From: Chloroflexota bacterium
GTDB lineage: Bacteria > Chloroflexota > UBA11872 > VXOZ01
DNA length: 64,000 nucleotides
Direction of reading: 5' to 3'
Assembly: GCA_963663275.1 (NCBI GenBank)
Contig: OY760183.1
Span: 2,208,001 to 2,272,000 of the forward strand
Position 1 is the first letter of the stretch. The number at the start of each line of letters is the position of its first letter. A program made the translations under genes and the position numbers. The notes under the pieces were generated by a model. It was not told the DNA's origin. It ran no database searches and saw only the letters and a program-made list of their open reading frames with translations. Shown piece after piece: positions 10,039 through 20,948 of the stretch.

Positions 10039-11226
10039 TTAGAGAATTCCGCCCAGCGTTTTCTCAACCAGCGCCAGTCCTTCATCCGCTTCCGCGTCGG
10101 TCAGCGTCAGCGCCGGCGCCATGCGGATGCTGGGCGGAGCGACGCGGTTTACGATGAGGCCGCATTCCAACGCGTGCGCCAGGAACGACTCAGCCCGTTC
10201 TTCACCCAGATCGAACGCCAGCAGCAGCCCTTTGCCGCGAATGTCCGTAATTGCGTTGCCGTGGCGGGCGCTGATGCCGGCCAGCCCGGCCTTGAGGCGT
10301 TCGCCCTGGCGCTCCGCGTTCCGCCATAGTTCGTTCTCGATCACGTGGCCCACCACCGCCGCCGCGCCCGCGCAGACGAAGGGATTGCCGCCAAACGTGG
10401 AGCCGTGATCGCCGGGCACGAAAACCGCGGCGCGTTCGTTGACCATACAAGCGCCGATGGGCAAGCCGCCGCCCAGCGCCTTGGCCAGCGCCATCACGTC
10501 CGGTTGGATGCCGTAGTGCTCGTAAGCGAAGAAGCGTCCGGTGCGTCCGATGCCGGTCTGCACCTCGTCCAGCGCCAGCAGCAAGTCGTTCTCGTCGCAG
10601 AGCGCGCGCAGCCCCTGCACGTAGTCCTGGCCCGCCTCGTACACGCCGCCTTCACCCTGGATGAGTTCCACCAGGACGCCGGCCGTTTTCGGGCCCACCG
10701 CCGCCTGCGCCGCCGCCAGGTCGTTGAACGGCACGCGCACGAAGCCCTCCGGCATGGGCACGAAGTCTTCCTGGTAATGCGGGTTCGCCGTGGCCGCCAC
10801 GGAAGCGATCGTGCGTCCGTGGAAGGCGTTGGTCATCACGATGATTTCATAGGCCCCGTCGCGGTTCAGCTTGCCGTATTTTCTGACGATTTTGATGGTG
10901 GTCTCCAGCGCCTCCGAGCCGCTATTCACGAAGAAGACCCGGTCCAGCGCGGAGTTTTCCACCAGCAACTCCGCCAGCTCGTACTGCCGGGGCACGTGGA
11001 ACAGCGAGGAGGTATGCAGCAGCGTGGTCGCCTGCTGCGCAATCGCCTTCACCTGTACGGGATGGGCATGGCCGAGCGCGTTGACCGCGATGCCCTGCAA
11101 GAAGTCCAGGTAACGCCTGCCGCGATCATCCCACACCCACGAGCCGTCGCCGGACACCAACGTCACCGGCAGGCGGTTGAATGTGTTCATGTAGTACTGC
11201 TTCTCTTTGGCAGGCCAGTCGGTCAT
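10039..11226 (-). CDS. argD: acetylornithine aminotransferase (class III PLP enzyme)
   Basis: 'NSGSEA', 'FHGRT', 'DEVQTG', 'AKALGGG', 'HGSTFGGNP'; adjacent to argG. ATG at 11226 follows a purine-rich SD. Confidence 0.9.
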   Translation of the reverse strand: MTDWPAKEKQYYMNTFNRLPVTLVSGDGSWVWDDRGRRYLDFLQGIAVNALGHAHPVQVKAIAQQATTLLHTSSLFHVPRQYELAELLVENSALDRVFFVNSGSEALETTIKIVRKYGKLNRDGAYEIIVMTNAFHGRTIASVAATANPHYQEDFVPMPEGFVRVPFNDLAAAQAAVGPKTAGVLVELIQGEGGVYEAGQDYVQGLRALCDENDLLLALDEVQTGIGRTGRFFAYEHYGIQPDVMALAKALGGGLPIGACMVNERAAVFVPGDHGSTFGGNPFVCAGAAAVVGHVIENELWRNAERQGERLKAGLAGISARHGNAITDIRGKGLLLAFDLGEERAESFLAHALECGLIVNRVAPPSIRMAPALTLTDAEADEGLALVEKTLGGIL

Positions 11227-11585
11227 GCCGTTCCCTTCCTTCCCGCGATGCTGAAAACACACGTAGCCTAGTATAGCGCAGACTCAGGCGGTTTTGTACC
11301 GTGCGAGCGCAAAGCGACTGAAGTCGATTGACGATCTCTTGTCAGTGAATGCAGAGTCATCGTTGACGAGACGTGCGCGGGGCTTCATCTAGACGCGGCC
11401 GCCTTGGGAATTGGCACATGCCGTTGGCCCTGCAACTCGCGTGCAAAGGCCACGGTGAATGCCAGACAATTGGCAAGGCGATCTCCGATGTTCCCGCGAA
11501 TGCGGTGATCCCTTTGCGCCGCGCGGCTGTACTCAGGCTTGCGCTCGCTGCGAGGCCGGCTGCGGGAAGCGCCGGGGCGCGGTCA

Positions 11586-11620
11586 CCCTCACCCTGGCCC
11601 TCTCCCTCGAGGGAGAGGGG
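11586..11620. repeat. boxC-like palindromic repeat
   Basis: CCCTCACCCTGGCCCTCTCCCTCGAGGGAGAGGGG. Confidence 0.8.
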
Positions 11621-11727
11621 ACAAAATTGCAGACCTGCAGACTGCGCGCGGGCCGCCGCTTTAGAGGAATGTCGGGCTTCAAGCGCAAGCCAAGGCGTTG
11701 GCTGGATTACGTCGCTGCGCGGGAAAG

Positions 11728-12930
<1,203 letters not shown>

Positions 12931-13003
12931 GACTTTTGTCCCTTCTCTTCCTCACGTGCCTGATAGTTTCGCGGCGGCTTGCATTTAGGCGCGGCCGCGC
13001 GCA

Positions 13004-14275
13004 TCATGTTCCTTCTTCCCAAGACGACATGTATTTCTCTTGATCCGGCGTGAGCTTGTCGATGGTGAGCCCCATCGAATCGAGCTTGAGGCGCGCCACG
13101 CTGGCGTCGATGGCGGCGGGCACGGTGTACACCCGGTCATCCAGTTCCGCGTGATTCGCCACGACGTACTCCGTGCTCAAGGCTTGGTTGGCAAAGCTCA
13201 TGTCCATTACGCTGGCGGGATGGCCCTCAGCGCCCGATAGGTTGACCAAGCGCCCGTCGCTGAGCAGTGAGATGCGTCTGCCGCTCGGCAAGCTGAACTC
13301 CTCCACCTGATCCCGCACCATGGCAGACGAGTCGGCCAGTTTGCGCAGCGCCGGGATGTTGATCTCCACGTTGAAGTGCCCGGCGTTGGCGATGATCGCG
13401 CCGTCTTTCATGGCGGCGAAGTGCGCGAGGTCGAGCACGTGCCGGTTGCCCGTCACCGTGATGTAGACGTCGCCGCGCGACGCGGCCAGATGCAGCGGCA
13501 ACACCCGGAAGCCGTCCATGGCGGCTTCCAGCGCGTTGAGCGGGTCAACCTCGGTCACGATAACCTGCGCGCCGGCGCCCTTGGCCCGGGCGGCGATGCC
13601 GCGTCCGCACCAGCCGTAGCCGCACACGACCACGGTACGGCCCGCCAGCAGAATGTTCGTCAGGCGCAGAATGCCGTCCAGGCTGCTCTGGCCCGTGCCG
13701 TAGCGGTTGTCGAAGAGGTGTTTCGTCTTCGCCTCGTTGACGGCGATGATCGGATAGCGCAGGACGTTGTTCTCCTCCATGCTGCGCAGGCGCACCACGC
13801 CGGTGGTCGTCTCCTCGGTGCCGCCCACCAAGGTGTCCAGGAGCGCCGGCCGCTGCTTGTGCGCCACGGTCACCAGGTCGCAGCCGTCGTCCATCGTAAT
13901 GTGCGGTTCGTGGTCCAGGGCCGCGTCGATGTGGCGGTAGTAGGTCTGCTCGTCCTCGCCCTTGATGGCGAACGTGGGGATGCCGAAGTCCTCGACCAGC
14001 GACGCGGCAACGTCATCCTGCGTCGAGAGCGGGTTCGAGGCGCAGAGCACGGCGTCCGCGCCGCCGGCTTTGAGCGTGCGCATGAGATTGGCGGTCTCGC
14101 TGGTCACGTGCAGGCAGGCGGCGATGCGCATGCCCGCCAGCGGCTGCTCGTCCGCAAAGCGTTCGCGGATGAGTTGGAGCACTGGCATCATGCGGTCGGC
14201 CCACTCGATGCGCAGTTTTCCCTGGGGGGCGAGGCCCCTGTCCTTTACATCGCTATTGACGGTTGCCGTAGCCAT
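13004..14275 (-). CDS. ahcY: S-adenosylhomocysteine hydrolase
   Basis: 'CLHVTSETA', 'SNPLSTQD', 'EETTTG', 'FDNRYGTG', 'GHPASVMDMSF'. Confidence 0.97.
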   Translation of the reverse strand: MATATVNSDVKDRGLAPQGKLRIEWADRMMPVLQLIRERFADEQPLAGMRIAACLHVTSETANLMRTLKAGGADAVLCASNPLSTQDDVAASLVEDFGIPTFAIKGEDEQTYYRHIDAALDHEPHITMDDGCDLVTVAHKQRPALLDTLVGGTEETTTGVVRLRSMEENNVLRYPIIAVNEAKTKHLFDNRYGTGQSSLDGILRLTNILLAGRTVVVCGYGWCGRGIAARAKGAGAQVIVTEVDPLNALEAAMDGFRVLPLHLAASRGDVYITVTGNRHVLDLAHFAAMKDGAIIANAGHFNVEINIPALRKLADSSAMVRDQVEEFSLPSGRRISLLSDGRLVNLSGAEGHPASVMDMSFANQALSTEYVVANHAELDDRVYTVPAAIDASVARLKLDSMGLTIDKLTPDQEKYMSSWEEGT

Positions 14276-14301
14276 TGCGTCTCTCCTTGATGAGACCGGA
14301 C

Positions 14302-15213
14302 TTAATTGAGGGTATCAAAATGCGTATACGAGATGAACTCGCGGTAGCGCCGCTGAATGTCTTCCCGCGTTACGTCCTTCAGGCGGTTTACGCTGAAGTC
14401 TTCCACCGTGAAAGAGGCGACGACGCTGCCGTGAATGAGCGCGCGGTGAAGGCCGCGTTCGCTTTCGCGCCCATGGTGCGCGATGTAGCCGAGAAAGCCG
14501 CCAGCAAAGGAATCTCCCGCCCCGGTTGGGTCTACCACGTCCTCCAAAGGGTACGCGGGAGCGTAGTAGTAGCCGTCCCGGGTAACCAACGCGGCCCCGT
14601 GCTCGCCCTTCTTGACAATGAGCGCGCGCGGCCCCAGCGCCAACACCTGACGCGCCGCTCGCAACAGACTGTGTTCTCCGGTGTATTGTCGCAACTCCTC
14701 GTCGTTGACCATGATGAGATCGACCCGGCGCATCACCGCGGTCAGCGTCTCGCGTTGCGTCTCGATCCAGTAATTCATCGTGTCCAGCACGGTCAATGTG
14801 GGCCTTTCCATCTGGTCGAGCGCGTTCAATTGGATGGTTGGATCGACGTTTGCCAGGAAGACGAACGGCGTCCGGCGGTAGGCGGCGGGCAACGTGGGGT
14901 TGAACGTGGCCAGCACGTTGAGATCGGTTGCCAGCGTATCCCGTGTGTTCATGTCGCGGTGGTACTTGCCGGCCCAATGGAAGGTCTTGCCTTCCTGGAC
15001 TTCAAGACCCTCCAGGTCGAACTGCCGCTCCTGGAGATACGCCATGTAGTCCGGGGGAAAGTCCGCGCCGACAACACCGATGATCTGCACCGGCCCGTAG
15101 AGGCTGCCGGCGGTGGCGGCGTAGACGGCGGAGCCGCCCAGCACACCCTCAGCGGACGCGGAGGGCGTCACAATGTCGTCAGTGGCGACGGTGCCGACGA
15201 TCAACATGCTCAT
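14302..15213 (-). CDS. PfkB/ribokinase family kinase (possible adenosine kinase)
   Basis: 'LGGSA' and the PfkB signature 'DPTGAGDSFAGG'; sits between mtnP and ahcY. Confidence 0.85.
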   Translation of the reverse strand: MSMLIVGTVATDDIVTPSASAEGVLGGSAVYAATAGSLYGPVQIIGVVGADFPPDYMAYLQERQFDLEGLEVQEGKTFHWAGKYHRDMNTRDTLATDLNVLATFNPTLPAAYRRTPFVFLANVDPTIQLNALDQMERPTLTVLDTMNYWIETQRETLTAVMRRVDLIMVNDEELRQYTGEHSLLRAARQVLALGPRALIVKKGEHGAALVTRDGYYYAPAYPLEDVVDPTGAGDSFAGGFLGYIAHHGRESERGLHRALIHGSVVASFTVEDFSVNRLKDVTREDIQRRYREFISYTHFDTLN

Positions 15214-15312
15214 GTGCTTCTTCCGTGCCTCCGGCTCATTCGCTCAATTCAAACACGGGCTGCGGCGGGACCACCCTGGCGCTCTTGGCAGTCTTCGCCG
15301 CGCTTTTCAGGG

Positions 15313-16185
15313 TCACAGGTACTTGCCGACAATCAGGTCTAACGCGGCGCGTTGCGCCGGCGGAATGCTGTCCGGCGCCGTGATGACGGCGTTGGCCAGC
15401 GCGTCCGGGCAGGGGCAGCCGGTTCTTTCCTGCGGCAGCGCGGTGACGGCGCGCCGCACGATCTCCTTGGCATGGTCGACGTTCCGCTGGAGGTTCTCGA
15501 CCACCATCTCGACGGACACCTCGCCGGCCGTTTCGTGCCAGACGTCGTAGTCGGTGACGCAGGCGAGCGCGGCGTAGCAGATTTCGGCTTCCCGCGCCAG
15601 CTTGGCCTCCGGTACCGCCGTCATGCCGATCACGTCCATGCCCCAGCCGCGATAGACTTCGGACTCGGCCTTCGTGGAGAACTGGGGGCCTTCAATGCAA
15701 ATGTACGTGCCTCCGTTGTGCATCGCAACCCCGGTCGCCTGGCCGGCCTGATAGAGCGTGCCGCTTACCACGGGGCAGTACGGCTGCGCCAAGCCCACGT
15801 GGGCCACGATGCCCTCGCCAAAGAAGGTGCTGACGCGCCGCTTGGTGTGGTCGTAGAGCTGGTCCGGCACGAGAATGTGCTGGGGCGCCAGTTCTTCCCG
15901 CAGGGAGCCGCACGCCGAGATGGAGATGAGAATCTCGACGCCGAGGCGCTTGAAGCCAAACACGTTGGCGCGGGCGTTGAGGTCGCTAGGCTGGATGCGG
16001 TGTCCGCGCCCGTGCCGGGGCAGGAAGGCGAGCGAAACGCCGTGCAGCGAACCCAAGGTGAAGGCGTCGCTGGGCGGGCCGAACGGCGTAGAGACATGCA
16101 CGTCCCGCCGGTCTTGCAGTCCTTCCACGTCCGCAAAGCCGGTACCGCCGATGATACCTACTCGCGCAGCGGGTTGCATCCCCAT
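15313..16185 (-). CDS. mtnP: S-methyl-5'-thioadenosine phosphorylase
   Basis: 'GIIGGTG', 'PRHGRGH', 'EGPQFSTKAES', 'TDYD'. ATG overlaps the mtnA stop (TGATG). Confidence 0.95.
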   Translation of the reverse strand: MGMQPAARVGIIGGTGFADVEGLQDRRDVHVSTPFGPPSDAFTLGSLHGVSLAFLPRHGRGHRIQPSDLNARANVFGFKRLGVEILISISACGSLREELAPQHILVPDQLYDHTKRRVSTFFGEGIVAHVGLAQPYCPVVSGTLYQAGQATGVAMHNGGTYICIEGPQFSTKAESEVYRGWGMDVIGMTAVPEAKLAREAEICYAALACVTDYDVWHETAGEVSVEMVVENLQRNVDHAKEIVRRAVTALPQERTGCPCPDALANAVITAPDSIPPAQRAALDLIVGKYL

Positions 16186-17294
16186 CAGGCGTGTACGCTC
16201 TCCTTGGGCGCGTCCGCCGGAGCGAACGGCGCTTGTTCCCGCTGATTTTGCGCTCGGCGGGCAGCGTTTACGGCCGCGGCCAGCGCCGGACCGTAGGGCG
16301 GCTCCAGCACCCCGGTTTCGGTGATAATCGCCGTCACGAGCGCGTGCGGCGTCACGTCGAAGGCGGGATGCGCGGCGGGCGTGCCTTCCGGCGCGATCTG
16401 AATGCCCGCGAAGCGGCGCACTTCGCCGGCCTCGCGCTCTTCTATGGGAATCTCGCTGCCCGTGGCTATGCCGCGGTCGATGGTCGAGGCAGCGGCGGCG
16501 ACGTAGAAGGGAATCCCGTGATGGCGCGCCAGTACGGCAAGCGGGTACGTGCCAATCTTGTTGGCAACGTCGCCGTTGGCCGCGATCCGGTCCGCGCCAA
16601 CGATGACCTTCCGCGCGGCCCCGCGCTGCATGAAGTGTCCGGCCATGCTGTCCGTGATGAGCGTGTGGGGAATACCGAGTTGGCAAAGTTCCCACGCGGT
16701 CAGGCGCGCCCCTTGCAGGTAGGGCCGGGTCTCGTCCACCAGCACGTGTATTGCCTTGCCCGCCTCGTGCGCGGCGCGAATGACTCCCAGCGCGGTGCCG
16801 TATTCCACGCAGGCCAGGCCGCCGGTGTTGCAATGGGTCAAAACGGTGTCGCCGTCGGCGAGCAGGTGTTGCCCGTGTGCGCCGATTGCGCGATTGGCGG
16901 CCGCGTCTTCACGCGCGATTGCTTGCGCTTCCAGCAGCGCGGCATCGCGCATGGCCGCGACGCCGGATGCCGCCGCCGCCGCCACCGCCCGCATCACGCG
17001 CGCAATCGCCCAAGTGAGGTTTACCGCCGTGGGCCGGGTTGCGCCCAAGACCTGCGCGTCATTGTCAAGCGCCGCCAGGAGCGCGTCTGCAGAGGCCGCG
17101 CGCTCTTGTTGCGCGCCCAAGGCGAGGCCGTACGCGGCGCAAGCGCCAATAGCCGGCGCTCCGCGAATCTTCATCTCGCGGATTGCGGTGGCCACCTCTG
17201 CCACGGTGCGGCAGACCGTGACCTCCAGCCGGTGCGGCAGTTGGCGTTGGTCGATGAGGCGAACGCCTTCAGGAGACCATTCAACGGTGCGCAT
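16185..17294 (-). CDS. mtnA: methylthioribose-1-phosphate isomerase
   Basis: 'IRGAPAIG', 'RPTAVNL', 'THCNTG', 'ETRP..QGARLT', 'ANKIGT'. Confidence 0.95.
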   Translation of the reverse strand: MRTVEWSPEGVRLIDQRQLPHRLEVTVCRTVAEVATAIREMKIRGAPAIGACAAYGLALGAQQERAASADALLAALDNDAQVLGATRPTAVNLTWAIARVMRAVAAAAASGVAAMRDAALLEAQAIAREDAAANRAIGAHGQHLLADGDTVLTHCNTGGLACVEYGTALGVIRAAHEAGKAIHVLVDETRPYLQGARLTAWELCQLGIPHTLITDSMAGHFMQRGAARKVIVGADRIAANGDVANKIGTYPLAVLARHHGIPFYVAAAASTIDRGIATGSEIPIEEREAGEVRRFAGIQIAPEGTPAAHPAFDVTPHALVTAIITETGVLEPPYGPALAAAVNAARRAQNQREQAPFAPADAPKESVHA

Positions 17295-17524
17295 AGTGTC
17301 TTCAACTTACACTAAGCTAACGGGTATTGACGTGTGGTACTCCGGCCACGCCCGCGCATCCTAGTCTAACGAAAGCGGGGCGCGGAGGGCCGGTTTAAAC
17401 CGAATGCCTTCCCATGCTTGCACGGGAAGGCGCGGAAGGGTTCTTAGGTTTGGTATGCGATTACTCCCCGTCCGTCTGCGCGGCGCCCCGGCAATGCTGC
17501 GGCGGGACGCCCGGAGGTTCGGTT

Positions 17525-17866
17525 CTAGCCAAGGCGCGGCTCTGCGCTCGCGGCGGCCGTTTGCGGCTCCTCAACGTGCGGTTGGGCCGCCTGTGGTTCC
17601 GCCGCGGGCTCCTGTGCTCCTTGCGTTTCGTGGAGCCGCGTTTGCGCCTCTTCCGCCATGGTGCGTCCCCGCTCCACGATGCCTACGGTGCCTCCGCGCG
17701 CGCGTTCTACGGCGTCTTCAGCGCCTTTTCGCAGGTCTTCCGTCTTCTTACCAAGGTATTCGCGAGTTTCTTCCCCGCTCTGGGGCGTCAAGAGCATCGC
17801 TAGCACCACGCCGCAGAGGGCGCCAAAGGTCAAGCCGAAAATGAAACTTCCCGTATTGTTAGGCAT
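17525..17866 (-). CDS. YtxH-domain protein
   Basis: 'FIFGLTFGALCG...LLTPQSGEETR' followed by a helical region. Confidence 0.8.
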   Translation of the reverse strand: MPNNTGSFIFGLTFGALCGVVLAMLLTPQSGEETREYLGKKTEDLRKGAEDAVERARGGTVGIVERGRTMAEEAQTRLHETQGAQEPAAEPQAAQPHVEEPQTAAASAEPRLG

Positions 17867-17933
17867 AACATAATCTCCTGCCTGCGCGTGTAACGGACCG
17901 TTTTGATTAGTGGTCTTGTACTCTTAAATTGTA

Positions 17934-18239
17934 TCAACTGCGCACGTAATCCGCAAGATAGAGCAGGGTAACACACACCATCGACGCTTCTCCGGCGTGG
18001 AGGGTGCCGACCGGCTGAAAGACGGCCCCAACGTACGCGGCCGCAAGGTGGCCGAGCCAGAATCCCAGACAGCCGATCCCCAGGTACCAGAGGGTGGAAC
18101 GGTCTCCGCGACCGAACAGGACGTGGTAGGCAACGGATTCAAAACTCGCCAGCAGGAAGCCGAGCAGCAGCGCCGGCGGCACGAGCGCCAAGTAGTCGCG
18201 CAGCGTGTGAGAGAGAATCTCAAGGTCAAGGATGTTCAT
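17934..18239 (-). CDS. small membrane protein
   Basis: About 101 aa with three hydrophobic segments; co-oriented with its neighbours. Confidence 0.55.
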   Translation of the reverse strand: MNILDLEILSHTLRDYLALVPPALLLGFLLASFESVAYHVLFGRGDRSTLWYLGIGCLGFWLGHLAAAYVGAVFQPVGTLHAGEASMVCVTLLYLADYVRS

Positions 18240-18351
18240 CGTGCGTGCTGTCCGGAACTGGCGGCGCCATGCCGGTAGGCCGGGCAATGGAGGCAGTGGC
18301 GTCGCGCTAGAGTATAGTGCATGCCGCTGTCTCCAAGAATCTTGAGCAATT

Positions 18352-18663
18352 GATGAGCATGCGTACAGCCGTTCGCCTAGAGCACTTCGACAAGCTCAGC
18401 ACAGGCCTGTCGAATTGTAAACGGCGGGTTGGCTATGGCGCACGGTACAACCCGTTCATACTTCGACAGGCTCAGCACGAACGGCTAGCACCGTGCGCAT
18501 AGTCCTAGATGAGCATGCGTACAGCCGTTCGCCTAGAGCACTTCGACAAGCTCAGCACAGGCCTGTCGAAAGGAGAACGGCGGGTTGGCTGTGGCGCACG
18601 GTACTACCCGTACATACTTCGACAGGCTCAGCACGAGCGGCTAGTACCGTGCTCATAGTCTTA
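18352..18663. repeat. two tandem ~156-bp units, each with CTTCGACA(A/G)GCTCAG REP-like palindromes
   Basis: Units start GATGAGCATGCGTACAGCCGTTCGCCTAGAGC at 18352 and 18508; same core as 56972-57058. Confidence 0.85.
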
Positions 18664-18693
18664 TGCGACAAAACTGAACCGTAGAAGCGGCCC

Positions 18694-19926
18694 TCAGTCA
18701 TCCGCGGCAAGCGATAGCCGTGAAGGCGGCGCGCCGGTTTCCGCGCGGACGGCATTCACAGCGCCGGCCAGGATGTCTAGCGCGTCGTCGATGTCCGCGT
18801 GGGTGGTGTCCTTGCCAATGCTGAAGCGGAGCGCGCTGGCGGCGAGTGCCGTAGGCTTGCCCAGGGCGCGCAGCACGTGGGACGGTTCGACCGTGCCGGA
18901 CGTGCACGCCGCGCCGTTCGAGACGTCTACGCCGGCGAGGTCCAGGCGCAGCAGCAGCATTTCGTTCGATGCGCCGGGAAACGATACGTTCGCTATGCCG
19001 GCCACGCGCCGGGTCGGGTGACCGTTGCGCTCGCTCCAGGGCAAGCGTTCCTCGATGCCGCGCTCCAGGCGCTGGCGCAACTCCAGGGCGTGGGCGGCGC
19101 GGTCCGAGCGTTCGGCTTCCGCCAGGCGCAATGCCTCCGCCAGGCCCACGACGGCGGCCACGTTTTCCGTGCCGGGACGCTGCTCCCGCTCCTGCCCGCC
19201 GCCGGCGAACAATGGTTGAAACGGCACGCCGTGGCGCAGAACGAGCAAGCCGACGCCTTTCGGCCCGTAGCACTTGTGGGCGGTCAGCGAAAGCGCGTCC
19301 ACGCCCCAACCGGCGAGGCGCACGGGCAGATGGCCGGCGGCCTGGACCGCGTCGGTGTGCATCGGCACCCCGCGCTCCCGGCAGATGGCCGCAATCTCCC
19401 GCACCGGCTGGATGACGCCGATTTCATTGTTCACGGCCATGATGGAGACCAGCGCCGTGTCGTCGCGCAGCGCGGCCGCCACCGCCGCGGGATCTACCAG
19501 GCCGTCGCCGTCAACCGGCACGTACGTGACGCGAAAACCCTCTTGCTCAAGCTGCTCGCAGGCGTGGAGCACGGCATGGTGCTCGATTTGGCTGGTTACG
19601 ACGTGGCCGCCCCGGCCGGCGGCGCGTTGCGCCCGGGCGATGCCGAAGACGGCGCTGTTGTCGCTCTCCGTCCCGCCGCTGGTGAAAAGAATCTCGGTTG
19701 GCTGGCAGGCGAGCAATTGGGCGATCTGTTCGCGGGCGTCCTCTATGGCGCGGCGGGCGCGGCGGCCCGTGGCGTGGAGACTCGAGGGATTGCCGTAATT
19801 GTCCGTGAGATACGGCAGCATCGCCGCCACCACGCGCGCATCGAGCGGGGTCGTGGCGGCATAGTCCAGATAGATCCTGCGCCGTGGCTTCACTGTTTCG
19901 ATACCGGAATGCGAGGTTCGCGCCAT
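18694..19926 (-). CDS. iscS: cysteine desulfurase (NifS/IscS family)
   Basis: 'YLDYAATTP', 'TSGGTES', 'HTDAVQ', 'TAHK', 'GAACTSG'. Confidence 0.9.
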   Translation of the reverse strand: MARTSHSGIETVKPRRRIYLDYAATTPLDARVVAAMLPYLTDNYGNPSSLHATGRRARRAIEDAREQIAQLLACQPTEILFTSGGTESDNSAVFGIARAQRAAGRGGHVVTSQIEHHAVLHACEQLEQEGFRVTYVPVDGDGLVDPAAVAAALRDDTALVSIMAVNNEIGVIQPVREIAAICRERGVPMHTDAVQAAGHLPVRLAGWGVDALSLTAHKCYGPKGVGLLVLRHGVPFQPLFAGGGQEREQRPGTENVAAVVGLAEALRLAEAERSDRAAHALELRQRLERGIEERLPWSERNGHPTRRVAGIANVSFPGASNEMLLLRLDLAGVDVSNGAACTSGTVEPSHVLRALGKPTALAASALRFSIGKDTTHADIDDALDILAGAVNAVRAETGAPPSRLSLAADD

Positions 19927-20117
19927 GCTGGGTGAGACGTGGCCGCTTGGCCGGACGGAAGGAGAGGGTCAAGCCGAGGACGCGCTCTGCGACGCGGCGA
20001 GAGCCATTTCAGTACAATGGGAACGGTTGGATGAAGTGTTTTCCTACTATAGCACGATCCGCCTGATTGGTGTACGTCTACGCTTCGTGGAATTGAGATG
20101 AATGTGGAGGATTGCAG

Positions 20118-20894
20118 ATGCGCGCATTTGTCATTGCCGGAAACTGGAAGATGAATAAGCCGCTGCCTGAAGCCGTGGCGCTGGCGGAAGGCATGAAAGC
20201 GGAATTGAGCGGCATGTCGGAAATTGACATAATCATTTGCCCTCCCTTCATCGCCCTCGACGCGGTGCGCGGCGCGGTGGAGGATACGGCGATCGCCGTC
20301 GGCGCGCAGAACATGCACTGGGAGGCCGCCGGAGCCTACACGGGAGAGGTCTCCCCCCAGATGCTGCAAGCCCTGTGCAGCCACGTGATCATCGGTCATT
20401 CGGAGCGGCGGAGCCACTTTGGCGAGACCGACGACGTGGTAAACCGCAAGGCCATCGCGGCCATCGCGCACGGGCTGACCCCCATCGTGTGCGTCGGCGA
20501 GACTGACGCCGAGAATCGCGCCGGCGAGACCCAGGCGGTGCTCACCCGCCAGACGACGCGGGCGCTCGCCGGATTGTCGGCGCAACAAGCCGCGTCGGTT
20601 ATCGTGGCGTACGAGCCGGTGTGGGCGATTGGCACGGGCCGCGCCGCCGCGCCGGAGGATGCCAACGCTACCATTGGGCAGGTACGGGATGTGATCAGGG
20701 GCGAGTTCGGCGCCGGCGCGGCGGACGCGGTGCGTATCCTCTACGGCGGCAGCATCAACCCAGGCGTGTGGCCGGACGTCATCGCCCAACCGGAAGTGGA
20801 CGGCGGCCTGGTCGGCGGCGCGAGCTTGAACGCCGAGGATTTTGTGGCGTTGGCCGCACAAACCCGGGCGGCGTCTTGCGCGAGTTCTAGCTAG
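20118..20894 (+). CDS. tpiA: triosephosphate isomerase
   Basis: 'AGNWKMN', 'GHSERR', 'AYEPVWAIGTG', 'LVGGASL'; GGAGG SD. Confidence 0.98.
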   Translation: MRAFVIAGNWKMNKPLPEAVALAEGMKAELSGMSEIDIIICPPFIALDAVRGAVEDTAIAVGAQNMHWEAAGAYTGEVSPQMLQALCSHVIIGHSERRSHFGETDDVVNRKAIAAIAHGLTPIVCVGETDAENRAGETQAVLTRQTTRALAGLSAQQAASVIVAYEPVWAIGTGRAAAPEDANATIGQVRDVIRGEFGAGAADAVRILYGGSINPGVWPDVIAQPEVDGGLVGGASLNAEDFVALAAQTRAASCASSS

Positions 20895-20948
20895 CGCCCT
20901 TCGACCGGAGTGGTGGCTTGCGTGGCGTGTGCCGAAACGCGCGCCGCT

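Noticed and set aside
15313-16833. 506-aa extended MtnP
   Set aside because: The extension overlaps mtnA in another frame; the ATG at 16185 is coupled to the mtnA stop.
17295-17524. SAM or SAH riboswitch upstream of the mtnA-metK operon
   Set aside because: I could not find SAM-I or SAH consensus elements by eye here or before ahcY/metK; an Rfam scan would be needed to exclude one.
18352-18663. Possible CRISPR array
   Set aside because: Only two long units with similar rather than unique intervening sequence, REP-like cores that recur at 56972, and no cas genes.
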